From an uncultured Nitrospiraceae bacterium (lineage in GTDB: Bacteria > Nitrospirota > Thermodesulfovibrionia > Thermodesulfovibrionales > Dissulfurispiraceae): DNA of 64,000 bases. The notes under the pieces are model-generated. The model did no database searches. It saw nothing but the letters and a program-made list of their open reading frames with translations, and was not told where the DNA came from. How positions within the stretch are numbered: position 1 is the first letter of the stretch; each line of letters opens with the position of its first letter. Where the stretch lies: assembly GCA_963705105.1 (NCBI GenBank), contig CAVPIW010000012.1, positions 1 through 64,000 on the forward strand. The letters are read 5' to 3'. Of the stretch, positions 40,148 through 50,009 are shown piece by piece. The position numbers and the translations under genes are program-made.

Positions 40148-42619
40148 ATGAATGAACCGCATCCCGAAAGATACCTTAAAGAGAAATCAGGAGCAGAGAT
40201 GAACGGCAGCGAGTTACCATTGAAGCAGTGGCATGACCGCATCTTTCAGGCCTTTCTCACCCATGCGCCCGTCATCGTCTTTGCTCTCGATCGAGAAGGC
40301 AAGATTCTCTTTGCCGAGGGCAGGGGCCTGTCTGAGCTTGGGTTGAGACAGAGTGAAGTCGCCGGACGTTCCGCCTTCGAGCTGAATAAGGATTACCCCC
40401 ATATCCTCATCAATCTCAGGAGGGCCCTCTCAGGGGAGTCATTTACCGCCACGATAGAGTTTCAGGACCGCTTTTTCGAGGTCCGCTTCGAATCCCCTCC
40501 CGCCCGGACCTCTGAGGACGTCGCCGTACTGGGTGTCGCCACCGACATCACGGAGAGGGTGCTGATCGAGAGGGTCCTGAGGAATCGTGGAGATATCGTT
40601 GAACGGCTCAACCTGTCCCTCGTCGAACTCGCGAAGAATGAGCATATCTATAAGGGAGACATCTCCCTCGCTTACAGGGTGATTACAGAGGCTGCAGCCA
40701 GGGCTATGATGACGGAGCGGACGAGCATATGGTTCTATACCGACGATCAGACCGGCATCCGCTGTGCGGATTTGTATGAGTTGAAATCAGGACTGCATTC
40801 CAGCGGCTATGTCCTCGGGGCATCGCAGTATCCTGCCTATTTCAGGGCACTGCTGGAAGGAACGGTGATTGACGCCCATGACGCACGTTCCGATCCCCGC
40901 ACCAGGGAGTTTACCGAATCCTATTTGCTTCCCCTCGGCATCCGGTCGATGCTCGACGTGCCGATCCGCGTGTCAGGCAGGTCTGTCGGTGTTGTCTGCC
41001 ATGAGCATGTGGGACAGGAGCGCATCTGGACAAGGGAAGAGCAGAGCTTCGTCACAGCCGTCGCAGGCTTCGTATCGACGGCCATAGAAACCCATGAGCG
41101 TTTGAAGGCGGAAAATTCACTCAGGGCGGCGGAGCAGAGGCTCCGTGATATCGTCGAGCACAGCACGAATCTCTTTTACATGCATGCCCCTGATCACCGG
41201 CTTCTCTATGTCAGTCCGCAGTCAAGGGTTTTCCTGGACTGCGAGCCCGAAGAAGCCCTCGTCCGGTGGACGGAATTCCTGACGGACAACCCTGCCAACG
41301 AACGGGGACTCAGCATGACAGATGCCGCGATCGAGACGGGCATAGCCCAGCAGCCTTATGAGCTGGAACTCAGGGGTTTCAAGGGAAGGGTCATATGGGT
41401 CGAAGTCCGTGAGGCCCCGATCGTGAAAAACGGCAGGACCGTCGCCGTCGTCGGAGCCCTGAGCGATATCACGGAGCGGAAGAGGATGGAGAAGGAGATG
41501 ATCAAGTCCCAGAAACTCGAATCACTCGGCATCCTCGCCGGTGGAATCGCCCATGATTTCAACAATGTCCTGACTGTCATCCTCGGCAACATCTCCCTGG
41601 CCCACCTGCTCCTGACACCTGATGACCCGGCTTCGGGCCGTCTCGATCAAGCCGAAAAAGCCTGTTTGCAGGCGCGGGACCTCACGCAGCAACTGCTCAC
41701 CTTTTCCAAGGGGGGATCACCTGTCCGAACGACTCTCCGGGTCGAACAGATCCTGCAGGATTCGGCGGGCCTTGCCGTCAGGGGCTCAAACGTCAAATGC
41801 ACGATTCATTGTGCCGATTCGATTCACAACGTAGATGCCGACGCGGGGCAGATGACCCAGGTTTTCAACAACATAATTCTGAACGCTTCTCAGGCCATGG
41901 CGGAAGGCGGGACGATCCGCATCGAGGCGGAGAATGCAGACATCGGCCCTGAAGGCGGGCTCCCGCTGAATCCCGGCACCTACGTGAAAATAAATGTCAC
42001 CGACGGGGGCCCGGGCATCCCCGAAGGACATCTCCAGCGGATCTTCGATCCCTATTTTACGACGAAGAAGAAGGGGAGCGGACTGGGGCTCTCCGTTGCC
42101 TATTCGATCGTCAAGAACCACGAGGGCCATATCGATGTCCATTCAGTGCCCTATTTCGGCACGACCTTTTCCGTCTACCTCCCCGCTTCCAGGAAACAGC
42201 CCGGGGCCGAGCCGCAGAGGGAGAGCATCGAGCCGGCCGCAGGCAGAAGGGTGCTCGTCATGGACGACGAGGAGATGGTCCGGGACATTGCCGGCGCCAT
42301 GCTCAGGCATTTCGGATTTGAAACCGTCCTGACCGGTGACGGGAGCAAAGCGGTCAGCCTCTTCAGGCAGGCGAAGGAGTCGGGAGAACCCTTCGATGTG
42401 GTCATTCTCGATCTGACCGTCTCCGGCGGCATGGGGGGCAAGGAGGCGCTCCGGCATATGCTTGCCGCCGACCCCGATGTCAAGGCCGTCGTTTCGAGCG
42501 GGTACTCGAACGACGACGTCATCGCCAACTACCGCGCCTACGGTTTCACCGATGTGATCACCAAGCCCTATAAGAGTTCTGAACTGCGTGCCGTCCTCGG
42601 CAGACTCGTCTCGGGATAA
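40148..42619 (+). CDS. Hybrid PAS/GAF sensor kinase / response regulator
   Basis: PAS, GAF (YPAYF..L, SMLDVPI, CHEH), AGGIAHDFNN, FDPYFTTK and receiver. Start uncertain. Confidence 0.94.
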   Translation: MNEPHPERYLKEKSGAEMNGSELPLKQWHDRIFQAFLTHAPVIVFALDREGKILFAEGRGLSELGLRQSEVAGRSAFELNKDYPHILINLRRALSGESFTATIEFQDRFFEVRFESPPARTSEDVAVLGVATDITERVLIERVLRNRGDIVERLNLSLVELAKNEHIYKGDISLAYRVITEAAARAMMTERTSIWFYTDDQTGIRCADLYELKSGLHSSGYVLGASQYPAYFRALLEGTVIDAHDARSDPRTREFTESYLLPLGIRSMLDVPIRVSGRSVGVVCHEHVGQERIWTREEQSFVTAVAGFVSTAIETHERLKAENSLRAAEQRLRDIVEHSTNLFYMHAPDHRLLYVSPQSRVFLDCEPEEALVRWTEFLTDNPANERGLSMTDAAIETGIAQQPYELELRGFKGRVIWVEVREAPIVKNGRTVAVVGALSDITERKRMEKEMIKSQKLESLGILAGGIAHDFNNVLTVILGNISLAHLLLTPDDPASGRLDQAEKACLQARDLTQQLLTFSKGGSPVRTTLRVEQILQDSAGLAVRGSNVKCTIHCADSIHNVDADAGQMTQVFNNIILNASQAMAEGGTIRIEAENADIGPEGGLPLNPGTYVKINVTDGGPGIPEGHLQRIFDPYFTTKKKGSGLGLSVAYSIVKNHEGHIDVHSVPYFGTTFSVYLPASRKQPGAEPQRESIEPAAGRRVLVMDDEEMVRDIAGAMLRHFGFETVLTGDGSKAVSLFRQAKESGEPFDVVILDLTVSGGMGGKEALRHMLAADPDVKAVVSSGYSNDDVIANYRAYGFTDVITKPYKSSELRAVLGRLVSG

Positions 42620-42624
42620 ATAAG

Positions 42625-42698
42625 CGTTGCAGTTGCATGAAAAGGTGGGGCGACGTGCCTCAAAGCCCTGCTGATAGCGACGCTGCCTCCGGGAAGGC
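42625..42698 (+). repeat. Modular MITE-like element, copy 8 (left part only)
   Basis: cgttgcagttgcatgaaaaggtggggcgacgtgcctcaaagccctgctgatagcgacg...ccgggaaggc. Confidence 0.75.
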
Positions 42699-42857
42699 CA
42701 CCTGTTCGGGTTGATGACGGTGCGTCCCGTAAACGGGACAGAATCTGAACCTCTGGGCGAAGCAGTAGCGCTCCAATTCCCCGATGCTCGGCACATACGG
42801 TACGGACGATGCCATACAGACGCCGACGGTCAGGGCACTGAAACAGGGACACATCAC
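42660..42857 (-). CDS. Small four-Cys protein (paralogue B)
   Basis: gaggag RBS; MCPCF...VGVCMASSVPYVPSIGELERYC....FRFCPVY, similar to 12847-13056. Confidence 0.8.
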   Translation of the reverse strand: MMCPCFSALTVGVCMASSVPYVPSIGELERYCFAQRFRFCPVYGTHRHQPEQVAFPEAASLSAGL

Positions 42858-42909
42858 CGGTCAAGCTCCTCTCTGAGGCACCATATGCTCACGCATCCCT
42901 CCGGGTCTT

Positions 42910-44298
42910 TCAGATATATATATTCAGGCAATCGCTGACAGCCGATTCCCGGAGCTTTGCAATCGTTTTCGCGAGAATTTGCCTGATCCTCTCCCTCGTG
43001 ACGCCGAACTCATTGCCGAGCTCTTCGAGGCTGTAATGACGATGATCGCCGATTCCGAACCTCATCCTGATGATTCTCGCCTCCCGGGGATCAAGTGATC
43101 CGAGCAGCTCGTTGACGTGCGCCGTAAGATCGCTCCTGATCATCGTTTCCAGGGGAGAAGGCCTCGTCCCGTCTTCAATCACATCCCTGAGACAAAGGGT
43201 ATCATCGCAGAGGGGGGAATCCAGGGACAGGGGTTCCCTCATCAACTGGAGGACCTCGGTGACTTTCTCCACGGAAATGTTCAGTCCCGATGCCATCTCG
43301 TCGGGTGAGGGATCACAGAAATTCTCCCTGAAAAAATTGTGCGACAGGCGGGATATTTTGTTCATCAGGCCGACTTTGTGAACAGGGAGACGGACTGTTC
43401 TCGCCTGACTGTGGAGGGCCCTGCATATGCACTGACGGATCCACCAGACTGCGTATGTACTGAACCTGCAGCCTTTCTGCGGATCGAATTTGCCCGCCGC
43501 CTTGATCAAACCCATGTTGCCTTCCTGGATGAGATCGTGAAGGCTCATTCCCCTGCCCATATAATTTTTCGCCACACTGATGACGAGTCGCAGGTTGGAA
43601 ACGACCAGAACGTTCTTGGCATCGGCGATTTCATTGAGACAGGCGGTGCATTCGGTCATGATCGGCTTCATGTCTTCATCGGGCAGGCCGGCGTTTGAAT
43701 CAGCATGCAGACGATTCCGCAACGAGTTCTCTGCTGGGGCGATCCGCAGCAGCTCCCTGCCCAGTGATTCCAGCAGTTCATCCCTGAGTTGAACCTGAAG
43801 GACGAGGGAAGCGATCTTCTCCCTCAGGGCGTGAGAAATCAATGCCTTCGATGCGCGGAGATGATTCGGTCGTGAAGGCCCCCCCCCGTTGCCGTTCTTT
43901 TGCATCAGTCTCTCGATCTTCCTGACCAGCAAAAGAAATTTCTCTTTCTCCGCCGTTGATTCACCTTCGTCAAACTCTACCCTCAAGACGCGTGAAACAG
44001 CCATGTCGCCCTGTCCGAGCGAGCGGCCGATCGTGATGAGCCGGTCGATCATGAGAGGAACCATGAAAAGGACCCGCGTCAGCCTTTTCCTTGCCTGCCC
44101 GATCGACTGTGCCAGCTCGATCTCCCGTTCCGGTGACAGGAGGGGATATTCGCGTATATCGCGGAAATACATTGCGAGGGCGCTCATCTCCCCGGCCTCA
44201 CCGGCCGTCTCCGCGATCGTCGGTTCTTCCTCATCTCCCACAGCCTTCTCAAGAGTCACCGACCGGGGAAGCCTCATCGTATGTGCTCCGTCTCTCAT
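42910..44298 (-). CDS. RpoD/RpoS-like sigma-70 factor lacking region 1.1
   Basis: Region 1.2 MYFRDI...PLLS.ERE.ELA; region 2 [13 protein letters not shown]...DLIQEGN.GL..A..KFD...RFSTYA.WWIRQ; region 4 [20 protein letters not shown] overlap with the upstream ORF and aggag RBS. Confidence 0.93.
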   Translation of the reverse strand: MRDGAHTMRLPRSVTLEKAVGDEEEPTIAETAGEAGEMSALAMYFRDIREYPLLSPEREIELAQSIGQARKRLTRVLFMVPLMIDRLITIGRSLGQGDMAVSRVLRVEFDEGESTAEKEKFLLLVRKIERLMQKNGNGGGPSRPNHLRASKALISHALREKIASLVLQVQLRDELLESLGRELLRIAPAENSLRNRLHADSNAGLPDEDMKPIMTECTACLNEIADAKNVLVVSNLRLVISVAKNYMGRGMSLHDLIQEGNMGLIKAAGKFDPQKGCRFSTYAVWWIRQCICRALHSQARTVRLPVHKVGLMNKISRLSHNFFRENFCDPSPDEMASGLNISVEKVTEVLQLMREPLSLDSPLCDDTLCLRDVIEDGTRPSPLETMIRSDLTAHVNELLGSLDPREARIIRMRFGIGDHRHYSLEELGNEFGVTRERIRQILAKTIAKLRESAVSDCLNIYI

Positions 44299-44510
44299 GA
44301 CCACTCCTGTCTGTCATCGATATGCGTCAGTTTGCCGTAGACATCACAATCCCTGTAGCTTCCGGCACAGAAGGCAAGGACTTTCTGTATCGTCATGCTC
44401 GTCATCTTTGTGTAATAGCACTGATCATGAAGCAGCCCTATGAAAGGACAGAAATCTCCTGCAGCATCGATGTATCCCCCCCGCTCATTTGTATACCCGT
44501 TCTTTTCCAT
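44295..44510 (-). CDS. Small four-Cys protein (divergent paralogue C)
   Basis: CPF......CY...........FC...Y.DC.VY pattern; its stop overlaps the sigma-factor start. Confidence 0.7.
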   Translation of the reverse strand: MEKNGYTNERGGYIDAAGDFCPFIGLLHDQCYYTKMTSMTIQKVLAFCAGSYRDCDVYGKLTHIDDRQEWS

Positions 44511-44522
44511 CCAGTTTGTCTC

Positions 44523-44538
44523 TTCAAGGACCGTGCCT
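44523..44538 (-). promoter_or_regulatory. Putative sigma-54 promoter (variant -12)
   Basis: AGGCACGGTCCTTGAA: GGCACG-N4-TTG with GA in place of GC. Confidence 0.55.
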
Positions 44539-44959
44539 GACGAGAGGGATTACCTTTTTCCGGCCCGATGGGTGACGGACCAGATAGGGAAAACCATTTA
44601 AATCATGACTAAATGCCGTCCTGAAATGATTGTTGCGCCGTGCAGAGGGTGAAGAACCGGCTGTGTCAAATCTGTCTCATGACACACAATTGTCTCACAG
44701 CATGACTGTCGCGGCCAGGAACAGTCGATCGTCGCGGTGGCGCGCTTGCCCTTTTTTCGGGAGGGATGCCACCACGGCAGTCATCAGTTCCCGGTCAGGC
44801 ATGAAGCACAGGATCAGCGGTCGCCGGTCCACAGCCTGAAGAGACCTTGCGGGCACGGCTGTTTCATTGCAGGGGCCGTTCCCCGAAGAATCCGAAAATT
44901 GTCTCTCACTGACACTGACTTGCATATTTGCATTATTTATGATATCTATTAAACAAAAG

Positions 44960-45123
44960 TTGACAGCCTCGTAAAAGGTCCCGTAAAGGGCGTATCCGTC
45001 ATTCCCGTGCAGACGGGAATCCAGTCCTTTCAGGTAGTTATTTGTACTCTGGATACCCGCTCCCCGCTTACTATCCGCGAGGACAAGCTTCGCGGGTATG
45101 ACGACTTTTTACGAGATCGTCAA
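44960..45123. repeat. REP-like composite palindromic element
   Basis: Outer inverted repeats ctcgtaaaaggtc / gactttttacgag; inner gtcattcccgtgcagacgggaatccag ... ctggatacccgc...gcgggtatgac; aaagttgacag repeated on both sides. Confidence 0.75.
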
Positions 45124-45198
45124 AGTTGACAGGCAGATAACTTTTCGCCCTGCCTTTCCCATGCAACTAATGCGATTCGTGCCGAGCAAGGAGGAGCC

Positions 45199-46389
45199 AT
45201 GATACGCAAGGGTATTACGAGAAGGGACCTGTTGAAGGCTGCAGGTGTCGCCGGAGCGATGACGGCCGCCGGCGCCGTTCCGTCGTCTCTCTTCGGCGGC
45301 CAGGAGAGACTCGTGCGGTTTCCGGAAAAGACGGACCTGATCCTGCTTACCTCGCGGCCTCCGAACCTCGAGACTCCGCTCCATCATTTCAAGGAACTGG
45401 TAACCCCGAACAATGCCGTCTTCGTTCGGTGGCACCTTTCGAACATCCCCACGACCGTCGACCTTGCTGCGTGGCGCATCAAAGTGGGAGGTCACACGGA
45501 ACGGGAACTCGCGTTGTCCATGGAGGACCTCAGGTCCTTTGAGAAGATCGGCTACACCGCGGTGATCCAATGTTCGGGCAACGGCAGAAGCTTTTTCTCA
45601 CCCGTCATCCCCGGCGCACAGTGGAGGCATGGCGCCATGGGAAACGTCACATGGGCCGGCGCCCGCCTGAAGGATATCCTGGCAAAGGCCGGGATCAAGG
45701 CGGGGGCCGTGGAGGTCGCCTTCGACGGCCTCGATTCGGGCACCTTTCCGAAAGTGCCTGATTTCGTCAAGAGCCTCGCCGTCGACAAGGCGATCGAGGA
45801 CGACATCATGGTCGCCTATGAAATGAACGGAGAGCCCCTCACGATGCTGAACGGTTTTCCGGCCCGCCTCATCGTACCGGGATGGTTCGCTCCGTACTGG
45901 GTCAAATCGCTGACAGACGTCATCGTTTTGCCGAAAAAATTCGAGGGTTTCTGGATGGACCCGGCCTATCGCATCCCCGACACGGACTGCGCCTGTGTGC
46001 CTCCGGGAGAAAAACCGAAGAAGACGGTGCCGATCGCCAGGATGAACACGCGGTCCCTCGTCATTGAACCGGCCGAAGGGTCCGTCATGGCGGTGGCGAA
46101 GCCCGCCGAGATCATGGGCATCGCGTTCTCCGGAGGCTATAGCATAAAGGATGTCGTCGTATCCGTCGATGGAGGGAAAAAATGGGGACAGGCGCGTCTC
46201 GGCAAAGACCTCGGCCGGTATTCATGGATCCAGTGGTATTTCCCATGGAAACCCGAGAAGCCGGGCACATATACCATTATGGCGCGGGCGACGAACAGCA
46301 TCGGCGAGTCGCAACCCTTTGAGATCCTCTGGAATCCTGCCGGGTATCGACTGAACAAAGTCGAGACCGTGAGCGTTACGGTTCGTTAG
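45199..46389 (+). CDS. Tat-exported sulfite oxidase family molybdoenzyme (SorA-like)
   Basis: TRRDLLK Tat signal, FVRWH, QCSGNGR, GAMGN..W.G..L, AYEMNGEPL..NGFP.RL.VPGW motifs, dimerisation domain. Confidence 0.9.
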   Translation: MIRKGITRRDLLKAAGVAGAMTAAGAVPSSLFGGQERLVRFPEKTDLILLTSRPPNLETPLHHFKELVTPNNAVFVRWHLSNIPTTVDLAAWRIKVGGHTERELALSMEDLRSFEKIGYTAVIQCSGNGRSFFSPVIPGAQWRHGAMGNVTWAGARLKDILAKAGIKAGAVEVAFDGLDSGTFPKVPDFVKSLAVDKAIEDDIMVAYEMNGEPLTMLNGFPARLIVPGWFAPYWVKSLTDVIVLPKKFEGFWMDPAYRIPDTDCACVPPGEKPKKTVPIARMNTRSLVIEPAEGSVMAVAKPAEIMGIAFSGGYSIKDVVVSVDGGKKWGQARLGKDLGRYSWIQWYFPWKPEKPGTYTIMARATNSIGESQPFEILWNPAGYRLNKVETVSVTVR

Positions 46390-46397
46390 GAGGGACC

Positions 46398-46739
46398 ATG
46401 AAGAAAAGCATTGTGCTCATAATGGCGGTATTGACAGCAGCCGGCATGATCGTCCTCTCCGATGAAAGGGATGCGTCGGGAGGAGGGACCGCTGTCCGGA
46501 CGATAACCTTGCCCGCTGTGCAGACATCTCTGAAACCCGCAGACGACCTGGTGACCGTCGAGACATACTGCAACATCTGTCACAGCACGGAATACATCAC
46601 CATGCAGCCTCCGCTCACGCGCGCCCAATGGCAGGCCTCGGTGAACAAGATGATCAAGGTCTACGGCGCTCCCATCAGTGAGGCCGATGCGGACAAGATC
46701 ACCCGATACCTCGCCGCGCAATACGGAACGGGGAAATAG
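46398..46739 (+). CDS. Monoheme cytochrome c (SorB-like)
   Basis: Signal peptide, CNICHSTEYITMQP, W...V.KM..VYGAPI. Confidence 0.88.
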   Translation: MKKSIVLIMAVLTAAGMIVLSDERDASGGGTAVRTITLPAVQTSLKPADDLVTVETYCNICHSTEYITMQPPLTRAQWQASVNKMIKVYGAPISEADADKITRYLAAQYGTGK

Positions 46740-46833
46740 GAATCGGCATTGGTGTCCGCAATGATCCGGAACGAGGATTCGGTAGAACCTTGTTTTTGAG
46801 AAGAGTCAGAAATCAGCCAATGGAGGAACAGAT

Positions 46834-47382
46834 ATGAAAATGAAGCGTATTATCTTGGTACTGCTTGTCCTGTCACTCGTCGTTATGACAGTCGGTCTCG
46901 GTGTTCTCACAGCCGCGGATAAATACGCCCTGAAGGCGCCCAACGGGATTGCCTTTTCCGAGGTCAGAGGGTACGAGACCTGGCCGGTGATCGCGCCGAG
47001 TTACAGGACCGACAAGAAAGAGGTCCGCTTCATCGTCGGGAATGAGGCGATGATGAACGCCTACCGGCAGGGCATCCCCGGAAACGGCAAGCCCTTCCCC
47101 GACGGCGCCGTGGCCGTGAAAATCGCCTATTCGGAGAGAAAGAACCCCGACTTTCAGAGCGCCCTGGAACCGGATGTGCTGCAACGCGTTGAACTGATGA
47201 TGAAAGACTCGAAGAGGTTCGCAAACACCAACGGCTGGGGATATGCCCGGTTTGTCTATGACGCAAAGACGGACACCTTCAGCGCTTACGGAAAAGACGA
47301 GAAGTTCGTCCAGGAATGCCACGGCTGCCATACGATCGTGAAAGGGGCGGATTACGTCTTCACAAAGTATTTCATGAGATAA
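46834..47382 (+). CDS. Cytochrome P460 family protein
   Basis: Signal peptide, PFPDGA..VK, MMKDSKRF..T.GWGYA.F, C-terminal CHGCH...DYVFT. Confidence 0.88.
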   Translation: MKMKRIILVLLVLSLVVMTVGLGVLTAADKYALKAPNGIAFSEVRGYETWPVIAPSYRTDKKEVRFIVGNEAMMNAYRQGIPGNGKPFPDGAVAVKIAYSERKNPDFQSALEPDVLQRVELMMKDSKRFANTNGWGYARFVYDAKTDTFSAYGKDEKFVQECHGCHTIVKGADYVFTKYFMR

Positions 47383-47470
47383 AACTGATCCCCCCGGTGT
47401 CAGTCTGTGTCGGGGGATATTCCCGTATGACATTGAACCGGGAGGGTAGCTGCTATGAGGAAAGTGATGC

Positions 47471-48193
47471 CTATCTTCTCCTGAACCTGGCCGCGGCAGC
47501 AAGACCGAGGAGCCCGCTGCCGAGGAGGACCAGCGTGGAAGGCTCGGGCACCGGATTAGACCCGGCGAATGCGAAGGTCTTCGGCTCCTTAGAGGGAGAA
47601 AAACCCCATGCCGTGCCTCTATCGCCATAGAAATACCCCCCCATGCCGTAAAGGGACGAAGCGTCAGTAATGTTCCACCAGTTTCCGTAAAGAGCTGCTT
47701 CGTCGAGGGCACCCAGGCCGTCGAGACTCGTCGCACTGAGATGTGGCCTGCTGTCGGGGTCGAGGACATCTTTTCCCCACAGCATATCTGTCGAATGAAA
47801 AAGGTATTCCGGGCCTTCCCCGAGATAGGCGCCGTAATCCTGAGACATGGCGACATCGATCCGGAAAAACTGAACGCCCGCATCCCACCAGCCGCCGTTT
47901 GATTGGACCTGGACCCATAGTCCACCGAGGGCGACGCCGTTCACATCTGCATCGCCGGAAGAACCTTTCCAGCCGCCGTCAGATCCGTAAGGCCCGCCGA
48001 TGCCGCCATAAACATACGTCTGCGTCATCCGGTAGCCGGGAAAATGACCGGCATCGCGGTCGGTGCCCGTGCCGGAGTCGCTCACGGCTGCCATATAGTT
48101 CACCATGCCGGGCTGCCATTCGTCGGTTGTCCGAGTAACGAGCGCCAATATCGCTATCAACGCCAGAACTACGGAAACCGTTATCCTTTTCAT
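47471..48193 (-). CDS. PEP-CTERM sorting-domain protein
   Basis: Signal peptide; C-terminal VPEPSTLVLLGSGLLGLAAAARFRRR. Confidence 0.92.
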   Translation of the reverse strand: MKRITVSVVLALIAILALVTRTTDEWQPGMVNYMAAVSDSGTGTDRDAGHFPGYRMTQTYVYGGIGGPYGSDGGWKGSSGDADVNGVALGGLWVQVQSNGGWWDAGVQFFRIDVAMSQDYGAYLGEGPEYLFHSTDMLWGKDVLDPDSRPHLSATSLDGLGALDEAALYGNWWNITDASSLYGMGGYFYGDRGTAWGFSPSKEPKTFAFAGSNPVPEPSTLVLLGSGLLGLAAAARFRRR

Positions 48194-48296
48194 GGCTCCC
48201 TCCCTTGTCAGCGCGGCCTTGAAATGAAACTGACTAACCGCTTGATGCACCTCTGCAAGAGGCGTTTACTGATGCCCTATGGTTTTTACATGCCCT

Positions 48297-48584
48297 TCAG
48301 AGCAGAAACCGCAACCCCGCCCTCCAGCTGTCGCCATCACGCATCGACCACACAACGGATGCAAGGACAGGCAACGGTATGTGCTCTTCGCTCACCGGGA
48401 ATTCAAGAGTCAGGACGTCGCCGGCCTTCAGAAAGCAACCTGTTATAAGCCCCAGCCCATGACGGCAGATATCCATGCTGAGGGCACCATACCGCGCTGC
48501 CTTTATTGTTCCCGTCACACCCGCTTTGATTTCGAGGTTTAACGGTCTCTGTATCGCCTTCCGTATTGATGATCTCTTTTCCAT
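48297..48584 (-). CDS. Stand-alone PilZ-domain protein
   Basis: EKRSSIR, DICRHG, ASVVW and AGLRF motifs. Confidence 0.82.
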   Translation of the reverse strand: MEKRSSIRKAIQRPLNLEIKAGVTGTIKAARYGALSMDICRHGLGLITGCFLKAGDVLTLEFPVSEEHIPLPVLASVVWSMRDGDSWRAGLRFLL

Positions 48585-48781
48585 GCCAGCAATCAACCTC
48601 CAATATATCCTTGATCTAAGAATACGCTGTTCTTTGTATGCCGTCAATCCCTCAAAAGTGGGATTTTTCAATAGATTCAGTATTTTTTTCCGGGTTTCGC
48701 AGCCGTCCGGAGGAGAGCGCGTCTCTCCCCCGATCCCCTCTGTCAATCCGACGGAAGATATATTGTTCTTTATTTAACTTT

Positions 48782-49345
48782 ATGAAAGATGTACAATTCC
48801 CGATGGACAGACTTTTTGAACTGATCAGGAAAAGGTCAGCGCCCGGCATACTGCTCTTCGACATGGCCGGCAATATCGTTTTCACGAACAGCGAGGCTGC
48901 AGCCATGTTTCCCGGCCTGGGCGATATTTCATCGATCCCCCGTGAAATCAGGGAACTATACGGCAGCGTGAAAAATTCCATCGATGAAGCAGGTGCCGCA
49001 GATGTCCGCCCGGATTGCACGGTCTTCCGTATTGATCCGGATCACCTGTTTTCTGCGCGGGCATTCCCGATCGGCCAATGCGAGAGCAGAGACATCAGTC
49101 ACGTCATGATTCTCCTTGAAGGCATATCGGACAAACGGGCGATCAATTTGGAGGAGGCCAGAACGAAGTATCAATTGACAAACCGCGAACTGGAACTCGT
49201 GGTGCTGATCAGCGACGGGCTCACGAACAAGGAGATCGCTGAAAGACTGTTCATAAGCGAACATACGGTCAAGGACCACATCAAGCACATCATGAGAAAG
49301 ATGGATGTGTGCACAAGGAGCGGGGTCATTGCGATCCTGAGATGA
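48782..49345 (+). CDS. LuxR-family HTH regulator with PAS-like N-terminus
   Basis: LTNRELE...GLTNKEIAERLFISEHTVKDHIKHIMRK. Confidence 0.9.
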   Translation: MKDVQFPMDRLFELIRKRSAPGILLFDMAGNIVFTNSEAAAMFPGLGDISSIPREIRELYGSVKNSIDEAGAADVRPDCTVFRIDPDHLFSARAFPIGQCESRDISHVMILLEGISDKRAINLEEARTKYQLTNRELELVVLISDGLTNKEIAERLFISEHTVKDHIKHIMRKMDVCTRSGVIAILR

Positions 49346-49384
49346 CACGGGGAGACGCCGCCGTTCCCCGAACGGCCCGATATA

Positions 49385-49582
49385 CCCTATCTATAGTATA
49401 CTCCTTCCGGAAAGGCAGGGTGAATGCGCCGGAAAACCTTGATGCGGCGACTCCTTTGCCTTCCCATGGAGACCATTTCCGGCAGAGGTCTGAAAAAAAA
49501 GTGAACCTTTCGCTGACACTCACACTGTCACTGACACTATTTTTCAGAGCGCTTCTCCCTGCCTTTTCATGCAGCTGCAAGG
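49385..49582 (-). repeat. Modular MITE-like element, copy 9
   Basis: ccctatc..ccggaaaggcagggtgaatgcgcc ... (gacact)n ... ccctgccttttcatgcagctgcaagg; flanks TATA/GATA. Confidence 0.85.
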
Positions 49583-49625
49583 GATACCCGCCTCCCGCAG
49601 AAACTGAGACCGTCAGGATGAAGGG

Positions 49626-49880
49626 TTACTTTCTCGATTCGAAGTTCTTGATGAACTGCCCGACCTGCACTCCCAGGTAGACGCACTTGATGTTGTTCAT
49701 GCAGTCGTCGGCGTCCTTCTTGTCGAGATAGGTCGTGAGTTCCTGTCCGCCCTTCTTGAAATGGATGACCCAGGCGTTCTTCCCCTCGTCGAAGGTCATG
49801 CCGACCGATATGCCGTGATCCGTAATATCGGGGTACATATCGAGAATCTTCTGTTCCAGTGCCACCTGTGTATAGCCCAT
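49626..49880 (-). CDS. Small hypothetical protein
   Basis: aggagg RBS and its own promoter; sequence ends DADDCMNNIKCVYLGVQVGQFIKNF. Confidence 0.85.
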   Translation of the reverse strand: MGYTQVALEQKILDMYPDITDHGISVGMTFDEGKNAWVIHFKKGGQELTTYLDKKDADDCMNNIKCVYLGVQVGQFIKNFESRK

Positions 49881-49930
49881 GGGAACCTCCTTTTCATCTC
49901 AGTATTATGATCACCATTCAACCTATGTTC

Positions 49931-49980
49931 ATTGTAACAGATTCCGGGCTGTTGTCAAGAGGGCGGCCGTCTGATAGAAT
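49931..49980. promoter_or_regulatory. Divergent overlapping sigma-70 promoters
   Basis: Minus strand TTGACA-16-TACAAT (49958-49931); plus strand TTGTCA-17-TAGAAT (49952-49980). Confidence 0.6.
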
Positions 49981-50009
49981 TAGAATAAAGAAACGATGAG
50001 GATTGAATC

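Noticed and set aside
42910..44298. Primary sigma factor rpoD
   Set aside because: No region 1.1, several substitutions in conserved region 2, and no dnaG context.
48254..48270. Sigma-54 promoter upstream of the PEP-CTERM gene
   Set aside because: Minus-strand GTAAACGCCTCTTGCA has the -12 TTGC but lacks the invariant -24 GG.
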